From sequence record SRR2962707_2549: a DNA stretch of 64,000 bases; one strand, written 5' to 3'. Under the pieces are notes generated by a model. That model searched no databases. It had not been told where the DNA came from and was given only the letters and a program-made list of their open reading frames with translations. Positions within the stretch are counted from its first letter, which is position 1. Each line of letters opens with the position of its first letter. Position numbers and translations under genes: made by a program. This document shows, in pieces, positions 1 to 8,794 of the stretch.

Positions 1-5
1 TTAAC

Positions 6-101
6 CTAGGTCACGTCAGACGACAATGGTTTTGCCATAGCCGTAATTTTTTCGAGTTTTTCGCGCTTAGTCGCAATGGGTTTTTCGTAGGTCTTTTTCA
101 T
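6..101 (-). CDS. Putative RiPP precursor peptide 1 (31 aa, MKKTYEKPIATKREKLEKITA-MAKPLSSDVT)
   Basis: Manually translated; absent from the ORF track. ATG at 99-101, TAG at 6-8, GGAG Shine-Dalgarno at 108-111. YxxP motif and Thr at leader position -2, as in lasso-type leaders. Paralog at 258-371; RRE and B2 peptidase nearby. Confidence 0.85.
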   Translation of the reverse strand: MKKTYEKPIATKREKLEKITAMAKPLSSDVT

Positions 102-371
102 CAAAGTCTCCGCAATATGCATAAATAATATATTCTTCTTTTATGTCGGCAAAAATAGGCTTTTAAATTACTGCAGGCCGAGCAGGTATCTATTTCTCAA
201 ATAACACTTTTTCATCATGATAGCGCTTTGATTATAAAGCACTGTTCGTGACAAATGTTAACTGTTGCCAATATCTGGCTTTCTAGATGTTGGTTCTTTG
301 ATTTGCTGTGCCGTTATTTTTTCTAGCTTTTCGCGCTTAGTCGCAGCGGCTTTTCCGTATGTCTTTTTCAA
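42..371. repeat. Diverged direct repeat of the leader-coding DNA (42-101 vs 312-371)
   Basis: The 18-nt string TTTTCGCGCTTAGTCGCA is identical at 58-75 and 328-345; flanking similarity is confined to the leader codons. Confidence 0.9.
258..371 (-). CDS. Putative RiPP precursor peptide 2 (37 aa, MKKTYGKAAATKREKLEKITA-QQIKEPTSRKPDIGNS)
   Basis: Manually translated. TTG start at 369-371, TAA at 258-260, GGAGG SD at 377-381. Leader is identical to precursor 1 at 18/21 residues, with synonymous codon differences; the core is unrelated. Confidence 0.82.
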   Translation of the reverse strand: MKKTYGKAAATKREKLEKITAQQIKEPTSRKPDIGNS

Positions 372-527
372 TTGAGCCTCCATTGCATCTACATTTCTAA
401 AAAAAGCTAGATTTTCTGGGGCAAAGTGTCAATGTGATTGACGCGGGGTCACCATGCAACTGATAGTGCTGCACAATTAATTCCATTTCGATTAAATTCG
501 CACCTAACGCTTTTCAAAGAAAATTTT

Positions 528-1967
528 ATGCACATTCCGCTATTTGAAAACTTTCCCACAAGTTCGCAGCTTCACAATGTGCGAACTAATGAAAGCTATG
601 ATCATTCATCGCTTTGTGCTGCGGTTAAAGAACTTGTTAAATCACGATTTATTGCGACAATAATTCCGGGAGAAACCATCGTCATCGGCCTTTCTGATCC
701 ATGCGCTGTGCTCATAAAACTGTTCGCAAGTTGGGCAAATGGAAACAAGGTTGTTTTAGTCAATCCTGGCTTAAAGCCTATCGAGCAGGAGACCGTTGTT
801 AAACACACCGGCGCCACCCATTGGTTTGGGGATTATTCCGATGACCTTGAGATAGAGCTTTCTAAAAATCGTAAAACAACGCCCGCAGCGTGTCAGCCAA
901 CCGCCCTTAAATTGGACGATCCAGCCCTTGTTCTTATGACGTCTGGAACGACAGGAACACCGAAGGGAATTGTTCACACACTAAGGACACTAAAGACGAG
1001 ACTTTCTCTCAATCTTATTTATCTGAAATCCGAAGTCTTGGAAAATACGCTCTGTGTGCTGCCCCTATTTTTTGGCCACGGCCTTATCGGCAATTGTTTA
1101 ACGCCATTAGCAGCAGGCCAAAAAGTGTATTTGTGGCCAACACCAACGATAAATGAAATATCTAATTTAGGGTGTATTTTAGACGACTATAGAATTACAT
1201 TTATGAGTTCTGTTCCAACATTTTGGAAACTCGCGCTTAGATTTGATCCACCTTCAAAACCTTGTTTAGCGCGCGTCAGCATTGGCTCCGCACCACTTTC
1301 TGTTGCCCATTGGGCGGCGGTAAAAGACTGGACTGGATGCAACGCAATTTTTAACATGTTTGGCATGACAGAAACAGCAAACTGGATCGGTGGCGGTAAC
1401 CTTGAAAACGCTGACGGACGCGATGGCTATGTTGGTCCTATATGGGGCGGCCGGTACGCTGTGAGACTGGAAGATGGAACTATAGGCTTTTCTGGACGCG
1501 GCGAAGTGCTGGTTGATTCTCCAAGCAATATGGTTGGCTATTTGAACGCAGAAGCGCAGACCAATGATGCGATGCAGGGAGAATGGTTTAGAACGGGCGA
1601 TATTGGCGAACTAAGCGAAGCTGGCGAGCTGGTTCTGGTCGGTCGCAGCAAAACTGAGATTAACCGCGGCGGGATAAAGATTTTGGCCGAAGAAATTGAT
1701 ATGATGCTTGAACGGCATCCAGCGATTGCCGAGGCCTGCGCATTTGGTGTGCCTGACGAAGTGTCCGGTGAAGTTGTTGCGGCTGCTGTCATTTTGAAAG
1801 CCGAAATGGAGTTAAGCCATGGTGAGTTGCGCAAATGGTGCCTTACTCAAGTTAGAAATGAAGCGGTTCCCCAAAACATTTACTTTGTCGCTTCCATCCC
1901 AAAAAATGACCGAGGAAAAATCGTCAGAGCCGATGTTATGCGCGCGGTTTCGGGCCACGTGGTATGA
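528..1967 (+). CDS. Class I adenylate-forming enzyme (acyl-CoA/acyl-ACP ligase-like)
   Basis: Motifs MTSGTTGTPKG, FGMTE, FRTGD, RSK..INRGG and the terminal PKNDRGK lysine. ATG at 528 preferred over TTG at 438. Confidence 0.9.
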   Translation: MHIPLFENFPTSSQLHNVRTNESYDHSSLCAAVKELVKSRFIATIIPGETIVIGLSDPCAVLIKLFASWANGNKVVLVNPGLKPIEQETVVKHTGATHWFGDYSDDLEIELSKNRKTTPAACQPTALKLDDPALVLMTSGTTGTPKGIVHTLRTLKTRLSLNLIYLKSEVLENTLCVLPLFFGHGLIGNCLTPLAAGQKVYLWPTPTINEISNLGCILDDYRITFMSSVPTFWKLALRFDPPSKPCLARVSIGSAPLSVAHWAAVKDWTGCNAIFNMFGMTETANWIGGGNLENADGRDGYVGPIWGGRYAVRLEDGTIGFSGRGEVLVDSPSNMVGYLNAEAQTNDAMQGEWFRTGDIGELSEAGELVLVGRSKTEINRGGIKILAEEIDMMLERHPAIAEACAFGVPDEVSGEVVAAAVILKAEMELSHGELRKWCLTQVRNEAVPQNIYFVASIPKNDRGKIVRADVMRAVSGHVV

Positions 1968-2557
1968 TAAAAGCAATGTCAAAAAGTGATTTGTCTAATC
2001 CCATAATTACGCAGCGCTTTGAACTGGTTCCGATTGGGTGTTGGGAATTAGCAAAGCGGATCCAAAGTTCGCAAGGCGATCCCGAGCTTCTAGCATCACT
2101 GTATCATCGCACGCGCACGCAAAGCTTTTTCGCAATTCTGCTAAAGACGAAACGCAGCAAAATTCCCAAGCGGCTCTACCATAAAATTATCGTCCGCTCG
2201 ACTGGTAAGGTCATTGGTTTTCACACCCTGCAATTTAAGAAATACAAAAGTGCCAACCTCGCTGTTGTCATTCATGATCGATCTTGGTGGGGCAAAGGCG
2301 CTGTTGTTGAGATTAGAAAAATGCTCATTCCGGCTTATCAAGAAGCGATGGGCGTGACCCAGTTTTGCGCGGATGTGAACAGTCGAAATTTTGCGTCTAT
2401 CCTCAACTATAAAAAGCTTGGGTTTGAAAATGTCGGTGTAAGGTACTCTTGCGTCTACGACGAGGTCCGCCAACTGCCTGCCGATTATTACAGTTTTTCT
2501 TTGCGCGGCAAAAAGCTTGAAGAACAGATAGAAGCTTGGAAAAATCATGGCGCATGA
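1964..2557 (+). CDS. RimJ/RimL-type GNAT acyltransferase
   Basis: WWGKG acyl-CoA-binding loop and N..S...YKKLGF motif; ATGA-coupled to the ligase. Confidence 0.8.
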   Translation: MIKAMSKSDLSNPIITQRFELVPIGCWELAKRIQSSQGDPELLASLYHRTRTQSFFAILLKTKRSKIPKRLYHKIIVRSTGKVIGFHTLQFKKYKSANLAVVIHDRSWWGKGAVVEIRKMLIPAYQEAMGVTQFCADVNSRNFASILNYKKLGFENVGVRYSCVYDEVRQLPADYYSFSLRGKKLEEQIEAWKNHGA

Positions 2558-2780
2558 ACAGGCAATATCTTTGGTTTGCAAATTAACCGGCTACGATCGT
2601 TCAGAAGTTTCCGATCATGATGATGCCCAAAGCCTCGAACTCTGGGACAGCATTGCGCATGTCAATATAATCATGACATTAGAGGAGCTAATCAATCGTC
2701 CACTATCAACGGCCGAGATTATCAATATGAGCTCAATAGAAGGAATTCAAAATCTTCTAGGCAGCGTTCAACGAGCTTAG
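2547..2780 (+). CDS. Stand-alone acyl/peptidyl carrier protein
   Basis: 77 aa, acidic, with a WDSIAHVNII phosphopantetheine-Ser motif; overlaps the GNAT stop. Confidence 0.85.
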   Translation: MAHEQAISLVCKLTGYDRSEVSDHDDAQSLELWDSIAHVNIIMTLEELINRPLSTAEIINMSSIEGIQNLLGSVQRA

Positions 2781-2789
2781 GTTTATAGA

Positions 2790-3779
2790 TTGCAACGATT
2801 GAGTAAAAAGCAGCGCCTTGTCCTGTGCAGCCTGGCCGATCCAGCCAGAGCCGTAGGCGATATTGACCTGCTATCAGTATTTTCTTTGGACGACCTTATT
2901 TACGTAGCGGAAATGCACGGCATTTCTTCAATCATCCACCGAAAACTAAAAGAGTATAATGCACAAAACGCCGCTGGACTTGAAAAGGAAATAAGCGCGG
3001 GAAATGAAACTTTGCGGTTTCAAACAGCGGCAATGCTTGATTTGGATTTTCACGGCAAGAAAATCGGCCAAGCGCTTTCAAATGCAAATATAGAACACCG
3101 CTATGTAAAAGGTCTGACCTTCGCGAACGATCTTTATGATAACCCTAATGACCGCCCTTACACGGATATCGATATTGTTGTGCCCCTTGAGCAACTTGCG
3201 CAAGCAACCAAGATTGCAATTGACCTCAATTATACCCAATCAATAAAAGCGGAACTGGATGGTTCAGAGCGCAATCAAGAAATTAAACTGCTTTGGCCAG
3301 GTGCCCGCCACATACTGATTGAACTGCATGGAAATCTCGTTCACATGCAAAAATTGCGGCAAGTTAAAAAGATTGGCTTCCCTGAACTGTCTATGGCCTA
3401 TGATCGGCAAACGCCTTTTGTCGGGCATTTTGTCATCGCTGTGGCGCACTCCTCTCTGGGCCACAAGTTCCACAATCTTAAACTGATGGTAGACTGTCTG
3501 CAGGCAATGAGACGTCTAAACGAAGAAGATTTGCCCTATCTCGCTCAGATGGTTAGCCAATTTAATCTGCGCTATGAAGTGGCGACATGCCTTGAGCTCT
3601 GCCAATCAATTTTTGGCGGTAAGGAAATTTCAGCAAAAGCAGCTTTGATGAAACGCGAATTGTCGCTGCCTTTTGCATCGCCCTTTGTGAGAGCCGTTGA
3701 TGTGCTTCAGGCGCCGCTTGAAAATAACTCGGTATCACGGCTACGAAGATATTTTTTCCGCTTATCTCAAATGGTATGA
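2790..3779 (+). CDS. Nucleotidyltransferase family protein (type found in lasso-peptide clusters)
   Basis: KG...LY....RPYTDIDIVV (DxD) and IELH motifs; TTG start. Confidence 0.85.
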   Translation: MQRLSKKQRLVLCSLADPARAVGDIDLLSVFSLDDLIYVAEMHGISSIIHRKLKEYNAQNAAGLEKEISAGNETLRFQTAAMLDLDFHGKKIGQALSNANIEHRYVKGLTFANDLYDNPNDRPYTDIDIVVPLEQLAQATKIAIDLNYTQSIKAELDGSERNQEIKLLWPGARHILIELHGNLVHMQKLRQVKKIGFPELSMAYDRQTPFVGHFVIAVAHSSLGHKFHNLKLMVDCLQAMRRLNEEDLPYLAQMVSQFNLRYEVATCLELCQSIFGGKEISAKAALMKRELSLPFASPFVRAVDVLQAPLENNSVSRLRRYFFRLSQMV

Positions 3780-4768
3780 CCAAGCGCGGCTGAAATCATC
3801 TTGGCCATCTCAATGGGTGAGCCGTTTAGATTGACACGATAGCAAGGGGTGCAGCGGATCAACGCGCTATACGTATCAAGCTTGTTTTCATCATAAGGCC
3901 TCAGCGCCGAGCCGATGGTCGACATATTATCTTCCAGCAGATCATGCAGCCCATCAAACGCGCTAACTTTAACAACACTGCACGGCTTTGATAGATCGCG
4001 GGAAAGAGAAACCACCGCACTGATGGGAAGGGTTTTTTCGTCGATAATGATTTTCGCTTCAATCAACGAAGCACGGTTTAAAAACTGTTCGCCATTCAGA
4101 TCAAAGTCCTTTGATCCAAAATGATCACCTAGAAAGGGAAGCGCCTCAACCGTATTACGATGCACTTTCGGTGCGCGCGGCACTCCCCACGCGGTCGCAA
4201 CTGCAGCGTTTTGCCCACAGCGGATCACGGTCGCATCATCGCTGATAATGGCGTACCCGACTGCACCTAAAGCAAACGATGTCGTGGTTTTGCCGGTGCC
4301 GCTTTCAGCATGCAGCAAAATCGCAGAAGATTTGTCTGGCGTTGCCAAGCATGCGGCATGAACAAAGCTTTGTTCCGCTGACGTGATCGTATGTTCCAGC
4401 GCAATGATGGATAATTCGTCAAGGCCCTTTAAATGCGCTGTGGTTTTTGCCGACGAAATTTTTGCCGATCCATCCTTAAAAAGTTCGACTTTTAGATCAT
4501 CTCCAATTGTCACGACTTGCACACGGTCGTCGACTTGGTAGAACTGCAAGGCCTGACCGCCGACGGATATCTTTTCGTCAAGCAATTTACCTACCGGCGC
4601 ATTAAAATTTTGAAATTCGCAAATTTCAATCTTGAAAACCGCGCCCGAACTTGGCGCTGTTTCAACGCGCCGTGGACCGAGCAGCCAATCAAACATTTTG
4701 AGCGCAGGTTCAGGGCCACAAACACATAGGTTGGCGCCGTCAATGTCAAAATATAGTGAGGACATCAT
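3767..4768 (-). CDS. HPr-kinase-like serine kinase (lasso-cluster type)
   Basis: HAA, Walker A ESGTGKTT and ISDD motifs; coupled to the B2 gene. Confidence 0.85.
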   Translation of the reverse strand: MMSSLYFDIDGANLCVCGPEPALKMFDWLLGPRRVETAPSSGAVFKIEICEFQNFNAPVGKLLDEKISVGGQALQFYQVDDRVQVVTIGDDLKVELFKDGSAKISSAKTTAHLKGLDELSIIALEHTITSAEQSFVHAACLATPDKSSAILLHAESGTGKTTTSFALGAVGYAIISDDATVIRCGQNAAVATAWGVPRAPKVHRNTVEALPFLGDHFGSKDFDLNGEQFLNRASLIEAKIIIDEKTLPISAVVSLSRDLSKPCSVVKVSAFDGLHDLLEDNMSTIGSALRPYDENKLDTYSALIRCTPCYRVNLNGSPIEMAKMISAALGHTI

Positions 4769-5193
4769 GGTTTTGTCTCCTCCGGCACCGAATACACAAC
4801 GACCATATTTTCCAATATGTCGTTGATTAAAGCGCGGCCGTTAAGTTCAACCCAGCAATGTGCGCTTAGCTTCTGGGAATTGACTGAGCTGCGATCAATG
4901 CCGAATTTTAAAATTGGATTGTAGCCCGCCTTGCGCAAAAATCGCATGCCCAAAAGGCCTTGTCGCAGGCACTGCCGATCACGCATAAACCATGGGCGCT
5001 TGGTGGCGCGCATCACCTGCTTGGCAATTCGTGTTGGTTCCACGCCACAAAAATCTTTATCCGCATCAACTTCTATATATTTCAGCGTAGCAGCTAAATC
5101 TCGATTACGCATCATGAGGGGCAGCAATCGCGCCGAAAGCTTAATCTCAAACTTAAGGCGAAAACGCGTCCTGAGTTTTAACGTAACCACCAA
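4765..5193 (-). CDS. Lasso-type B2 leader peptidase (transglutaminase-like Cys protease)
   Basis: 142 aa; CLRQ Cys, AHCWVE His and a downstream Asp; adjacent to the RRE gene. Confidence 0.9.
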   Translation of the reverse strand: MVVTLKLRTRFRLKFEIKLSARLLPLMMRNRDLAATLKYIEVDADKDFCGVEPTRIAKQVMRATKRPWFMRDRQCLRQGLLGMRFLRKAGYNPILKFGIDRSSVNSQKLSAHCWVELNGRALINDILENMVVVYSVPEETKP

Positions 5194-5472
5194 TTAGTCT
5201 TTCGATGGAATGAGAACAGCTTCGTCGATCAAAAAATCCACCAGCTCGTTGAGGTCTTTCTCAAGCACCGCTTTTTCCACATCGAACTCTTCCAAAATAT
5301 TTGCAACAGCCGCGTCAAACGACAAGCCTTTTTGAACGTTCTTGATGAACGCTGATCCGCTTTGATTGGTTGAATAAAGTTGGCCGCTTTCGGCCATAAG
5401 AATAATGCCTTCATCACCCAAATCACGGAACGATGCAGATGGGTTGAGCGATAGGTTTTCTTTTGAAGACAT
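5194..5472 (-). CDS. PqqD-family RiPP recognition element (B1)
   Basis: 92 aa from ATG 5472; LYSTNQSG...I and EEFDVEKAVLEKDLNELVDFLIDEAVL match the PqqD/RRE pattern. Confidence 0.88.
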   Translation of the reverse strand: MSSKENLSLNPSASFRDLGDEGIILMAESGQLYSTNQSGSAFIKNVQKGLSFDAAVANILEEFDVEKAVLEKDLNELVDFLIDEAVLIPSKD

Positions 5473-5783
5473 AATTGAAGAACATCCTGTTAATGCGCCA
5501 AGATGTATTTGAAAATGACCGAAGGTCAACCCACCGCGCAATGCTTCGCATGCCGAAAGTGTATACATCGCGCTATGTTACCTTGACGGTTCATGATGAG
5601 TATTTGGATTTTGTCTGTTCTCAGCCTGTGTTTTTTCTAGCACACCTTGGCTAGTCGCGTAAGCTTACCTATGGTAATCAACGAGTATGATAGATCGCGC
5701 TTGTGCGGAATTTGCCACCTGATATGATTATTTCTACGGGGACTTTTCTAGCAAGCAAAATTTAAGAACTTAGGAAATTAAAC

Positions 5784-6782
5784 ATGAAGTGTTTCTGCAC
5801 AAATGTATTGAGAATGTGCGCAATCTCGCTTGTTTTTGGCCTCGCATTTACAGTCCCATCCATATCGGCAGAAACGATTATATTAAAAGTTGGGTACTCC
5901 GCTGGCGGTGGCTATGATCAAGGCGCGCGCCTTATCGCATCGCAACTGGGGAGATACTTGCCCGGAAATCCTTCCGTGGTGGTTCAAAATGTTCCCGGCG
6001 CTGGCAGCCTAAAACTGACCAAATTAATGATCAATTCTGAACCCAAAGACGGAACGGTTTTAGCGATGGTGAATGCGTCCGTCGCCACGGCAACAGTCAC
6101 GACACCGGACGTCGCGAATTTTGATGCCAGCAATTTTAATTGGGTCGGCAGTATAACGGATGCGTCCGCAATTTGTTATGTTGATAAAAGAATTGCGAAC
6201 ACTGATTTAGATGGACTTTTGAACGGTGGTCTTATTCTAGGTGCGAGTGGGAAAACCAGCACGACCTATATTTTCGCGGCACTTGTAAAGAACCTCTTTG
6301 GTGCGAATTTTAAAATTGTCACTGGTTTTGAAGGCATTAACGAAATAAACGCAGCAATCCTAAGAGGCGAAATACAAGGTGCATGCGGCCCGTCTTCCAC
6401 TTCCTTTGAGAGCGGAGCGGCCCAAGACAGCGTTAATGTTGTTGGTTATTGGGCATTGAACCCTGACCCGAAGTTTCCCAATATCACTAACTTCTATGAC
6501 CAAATAGAAGATCAAAAGGACAAGGCTGCTGCAAAGCTCTATGTCGGTGTGCGAACAATTAATCAGCCAATCTTTTTACCACCAGGCACACCACCCGAAA
6601 AAGTGGAGGAGATGCGTAAAGCCTACTCAACAATGGTTGCAGACCCAGCATTTAAGGAAGCTGCGATTAAAAACAATTTTGAGATTGGCCCACACTCCGG
6701 CCAAGAGGTGACTGATCTCATGAAGGAATTGATTTCAGTTAGTTCAGAAATCATAGAGCGTGCTGGAGAAATAAGCCGCTGA
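5784..6782 (+). CDS. Tripartite tricarboxylate transporter substrate-binding protein (TctC/Bug family)
   Basis: Signal peptide, GYSAGGGYD..AR and NVPGAGS motifs. Confidence 0.85.
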   Translation: MKCFCTNVLRMCAISLVFGLAFTVPSISAETIILKVGYSAGGGYDQGARLIASQLGRYLPGNPSVVVQNVPGAGSLKLTKLMINSEPKDGTVLAMVNASVATATVTTPDVANFDASNFNWVGSITDASAICYVDKRIANTDLDGLLNGGLILGASGKTSTTYIFAALVKNLFGANFKIVTGFEGINEINAAILRGEIQGACGPSSTSFESGAAQDSVNVVGYWALNPDPKFPNITNFYDQIEDQKDKAAAKLYVGVRTINQPIFLPPGTPPEKVEEMRKAYSTMVADPAFKEAAIKNNFEIGPHSGQEVTDLMKELISVSSEIIERAGEISR

Positions 6783-6819
6783 ATTGTTGATTATATTCTA
6801 GGGCGAAACTCTATTCAGC

Positions 6820-8763
6820 ATGGACATAATTTTAACTGCCTTTGAAAGTGTGATGCAAGCCGATGTTCTTTTGATGCTGTTTTGCGGCGTTACCTTAGGA
6901 CTATTCATCGGTGTGATACCAGGCCTTGGCGGCTTGTTCGGCATGGCTTTGCTGGTTCCGCTTACTTATGACATGGAGCCGATTGCGGCCTTTGCATTAT
7001 TACTCGGCATGGGTTCAGTCATAACAACATCTGACACTATTCCAGCCGTGCTTATTGGCGTGCCAGGCAGCGTTGGCGCCATTGCAACGGTTGAGGACGG
7101 ATTCCCGCTTGCAAAGCAAAATCAAGCACCGCGCGCTTTAGGCGCTGCCTATAGCGCATCGCTTATTGGCGGAATATTTGGCGCTTTGGTGCTCGCAGTG
7201 TCGATACCGATCATGCAGCCATTAGTGCTATTGTTGAAAACCCCAGATTTTCTAGCAATTTCGCTGTCCGGTCTCTTTCTCGTGTCAATCTTAAGCGGAC
7301 AACATCTCTTCAAGGGTTTGTCTGCTGCGACATTGGGCGTTTTGCTTTCACTGATCGGCATAGATGGACAAACCGCCACCGAGCGCTTCACCTTTGGCGA
7401 ACTCTATTTTTGGGACGGGCTACCGCTTGCTGTTGTATTCCTCGGCATTTTTGGTTTGCCAGCGTTAATGGATTTGATGGCGCAAAAAGACACGGTAAAT
7501 TCCTCAGCCAAAATGTCCACATCAGCTGTGCTAGAAGGTATTCGCGATACGCTGCGTGAATGGCGGCTTGTGCTATCTTGTAGCTCTGTAGGCTCGGTGC
7601 TCGGCGCAATTCCCGGCATTGGTTTGCCGGTCATTGAATGGGTTGCTTATGGTATTGGAAAGCGGCACCGCAAAGATGGACCGGAATTCGGTCAAGGTAA
7701 TATTCGCGGTGTGATCGCTCCGGAAAGCGCCAACAATGCCAAAGAGGGCGGCGCTCTTATTCCGACAATTGCAATTGGTCTTCCTGGTTCGGCGACGATG
7801 AGCATATTGCTTGGCGCCTTTATAATGCACGGGCTGGTGCCCGGTCCCAGTATGCTCACCGAAAACCTATCCATTACCTATTCGATGATCTTTTTCGTTG
7901 CTGCCGCGAACATACTTGGCGCGGTCATGTGTCTTGCGATGACAAATCAGTTGTCGAAGATAACAACAGTTCCATCTTCTATTATTGTTCCTATCGCCTT
8001 GGTCTTTATCACTCTTGGCGCATTTCAAAATGATGCAAGCTGGATTGATGGATTGGTTCTCGTCATTACCGGTCTGTTGGGCTTCTACATGAAGGAGAAT
8101 AATTGGCCACGGGCAGCGCTCGCTCTAGGTTTTGTTCTCGGCCCGACCATCGAACGCTATTTCTTCCTGTCTTATCAGATCGTAGGGACTGACGTATTGT
8201 TTCGCCCGACAATTATGTTCATCCTTTTTCTTGGCTGTGTGTTTTGCCTTAGGGCGCTGGCCAAATGGGCAAGAACAAGAACAGAAAACAAAACAAACAA
8301 CGCCTATGGCGTAAATGATTTTGTTGCTGCGATATTTTTATCGCTGGGTTCCATTTGGTGTCTTTGGCAAGTCTGGAATATGCCGCTTGGTGCCGCGCTT
8401 TTTCCCAAAATCGGGTCAGCACTACTTCTTGTGTTCACTCTTTTGATCGCTCTTAAATCCGCAAGTTCAGTATCGCGGATTAAGGGACCTATAGATAATC
8501 TGGCCGGTAACTTCCGGAACGCCCTTATTTTGCGTCAAAAGGAATTTCTGGTTCCTCTGGCGCCGATGATTTTTATTGGGTTGATCTATTTGATCGGCGT
8601 TGCTCCGGCGACCATTGCCTTTGTGGGGCTGATGATTGTTCAGGCAAATCGTGCCATGTGGCGACGCGCCGTTTGGTTTGCACTCGGCACAGCGGTTGTC
8701 GCATTTGTTGTTTTCAATGTTCTAATTGCAACGCCGTGGCCCAAGCCACTCATTGGATTGTAA
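6820..8763 (+). CDS. TTT large permease TctA with fused C-terminal TctB-like domain
   Basis: G.IPGLGG and APESANNAKEGGALIP motifs. 647 aa, with ~150 extra hydrophobic residues ending in P.P.G, as TctB does. Confidence 0.82.
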   Translation: MDIILTAFESVMQADVLLMLFCGVTLGLFIGVIPGLGGLFGMALLVPLTYDMEPIAAFALLLGMGSVITTSDTIPAVLIGVPGSVGAIATVEDGFPLAKQNQAPRALGAAYSASLIGGIFGALVLAVSIPIMQPLVLLLKTPDFLAISLSGLFLVSILSGQHLFKGLSAATLGVLLSLIGIDGQTATERFTFGELYFWDGLPLAVVFLGIFGLPALMDLMAQKDTVNSSAKMSTSAVLEGIRDTLREWRLVLSCSSVGSVLGAIPGIGLPVIEWVAYGIGKRHRKDGPEFGQGNIRGVIAPESANNAKEGGALIPTIAIGLPGSATMSILLGAFIMHGLVPGPSMLTENLSITYSMIFFVAAANILGAVMCLAMTNQLSKITTVPSSIIVPIALVFITLGAFQNDASWIDGLVLVITGLLGFYMKENNWPRAALALGFVLGPTIERYFFLSYQIVGTDVLFRPTIMFILFLGCVFCLRALAKWARTRTENKTNNAYGVNDFVAAIFLSLGSIWCLWQVWNMPLGAALFPKIGSALLLVFTLLIALKSASSVSRIKGPIDNLAGNFRNALILRQKEFLVPLAPMIFIGLIYLIGVAPATIAFVGLMIVQANRAMWRRAVWFALGTAVVAFVVFNVLIATPWPKPLIGL

Positions 8764-8794
8764 CGATAGTCCTGGGCGGGAATAGGAAGGTAAT

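Noticed and set aside
168-215. Minus-strand mini-ORF MKKCYLRNRYLLGLQ between the two precursors, starting like MKKTY
   Set aside because: Only 15 aa, no SD, and lacks the ATKREKLEKITA block; probably chance in AT-rich DNA.
42-371. Direct repeat as a CRISPR array or IS end
   Set aside because: Only two diverged copies 270 nt apart, explained by paralogous coding sequence; no cas or transposase gene.
438-527. N-terminal extension of the first ligase (and similar extensions at 5473-5568, 28642-28758, 30415-30582)
   Set aside because: Longest-ORF artefacts; downstream ATGs fit the domain starts and, in several cases, SD sequences better.
6-5472. Calling the locus a standard lasso peptide cluster
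   Set aside because: No cyclase in the window and the cores lack a usable ring/tail arrangement; cannot be fully excluded because the locus touches the window edge.
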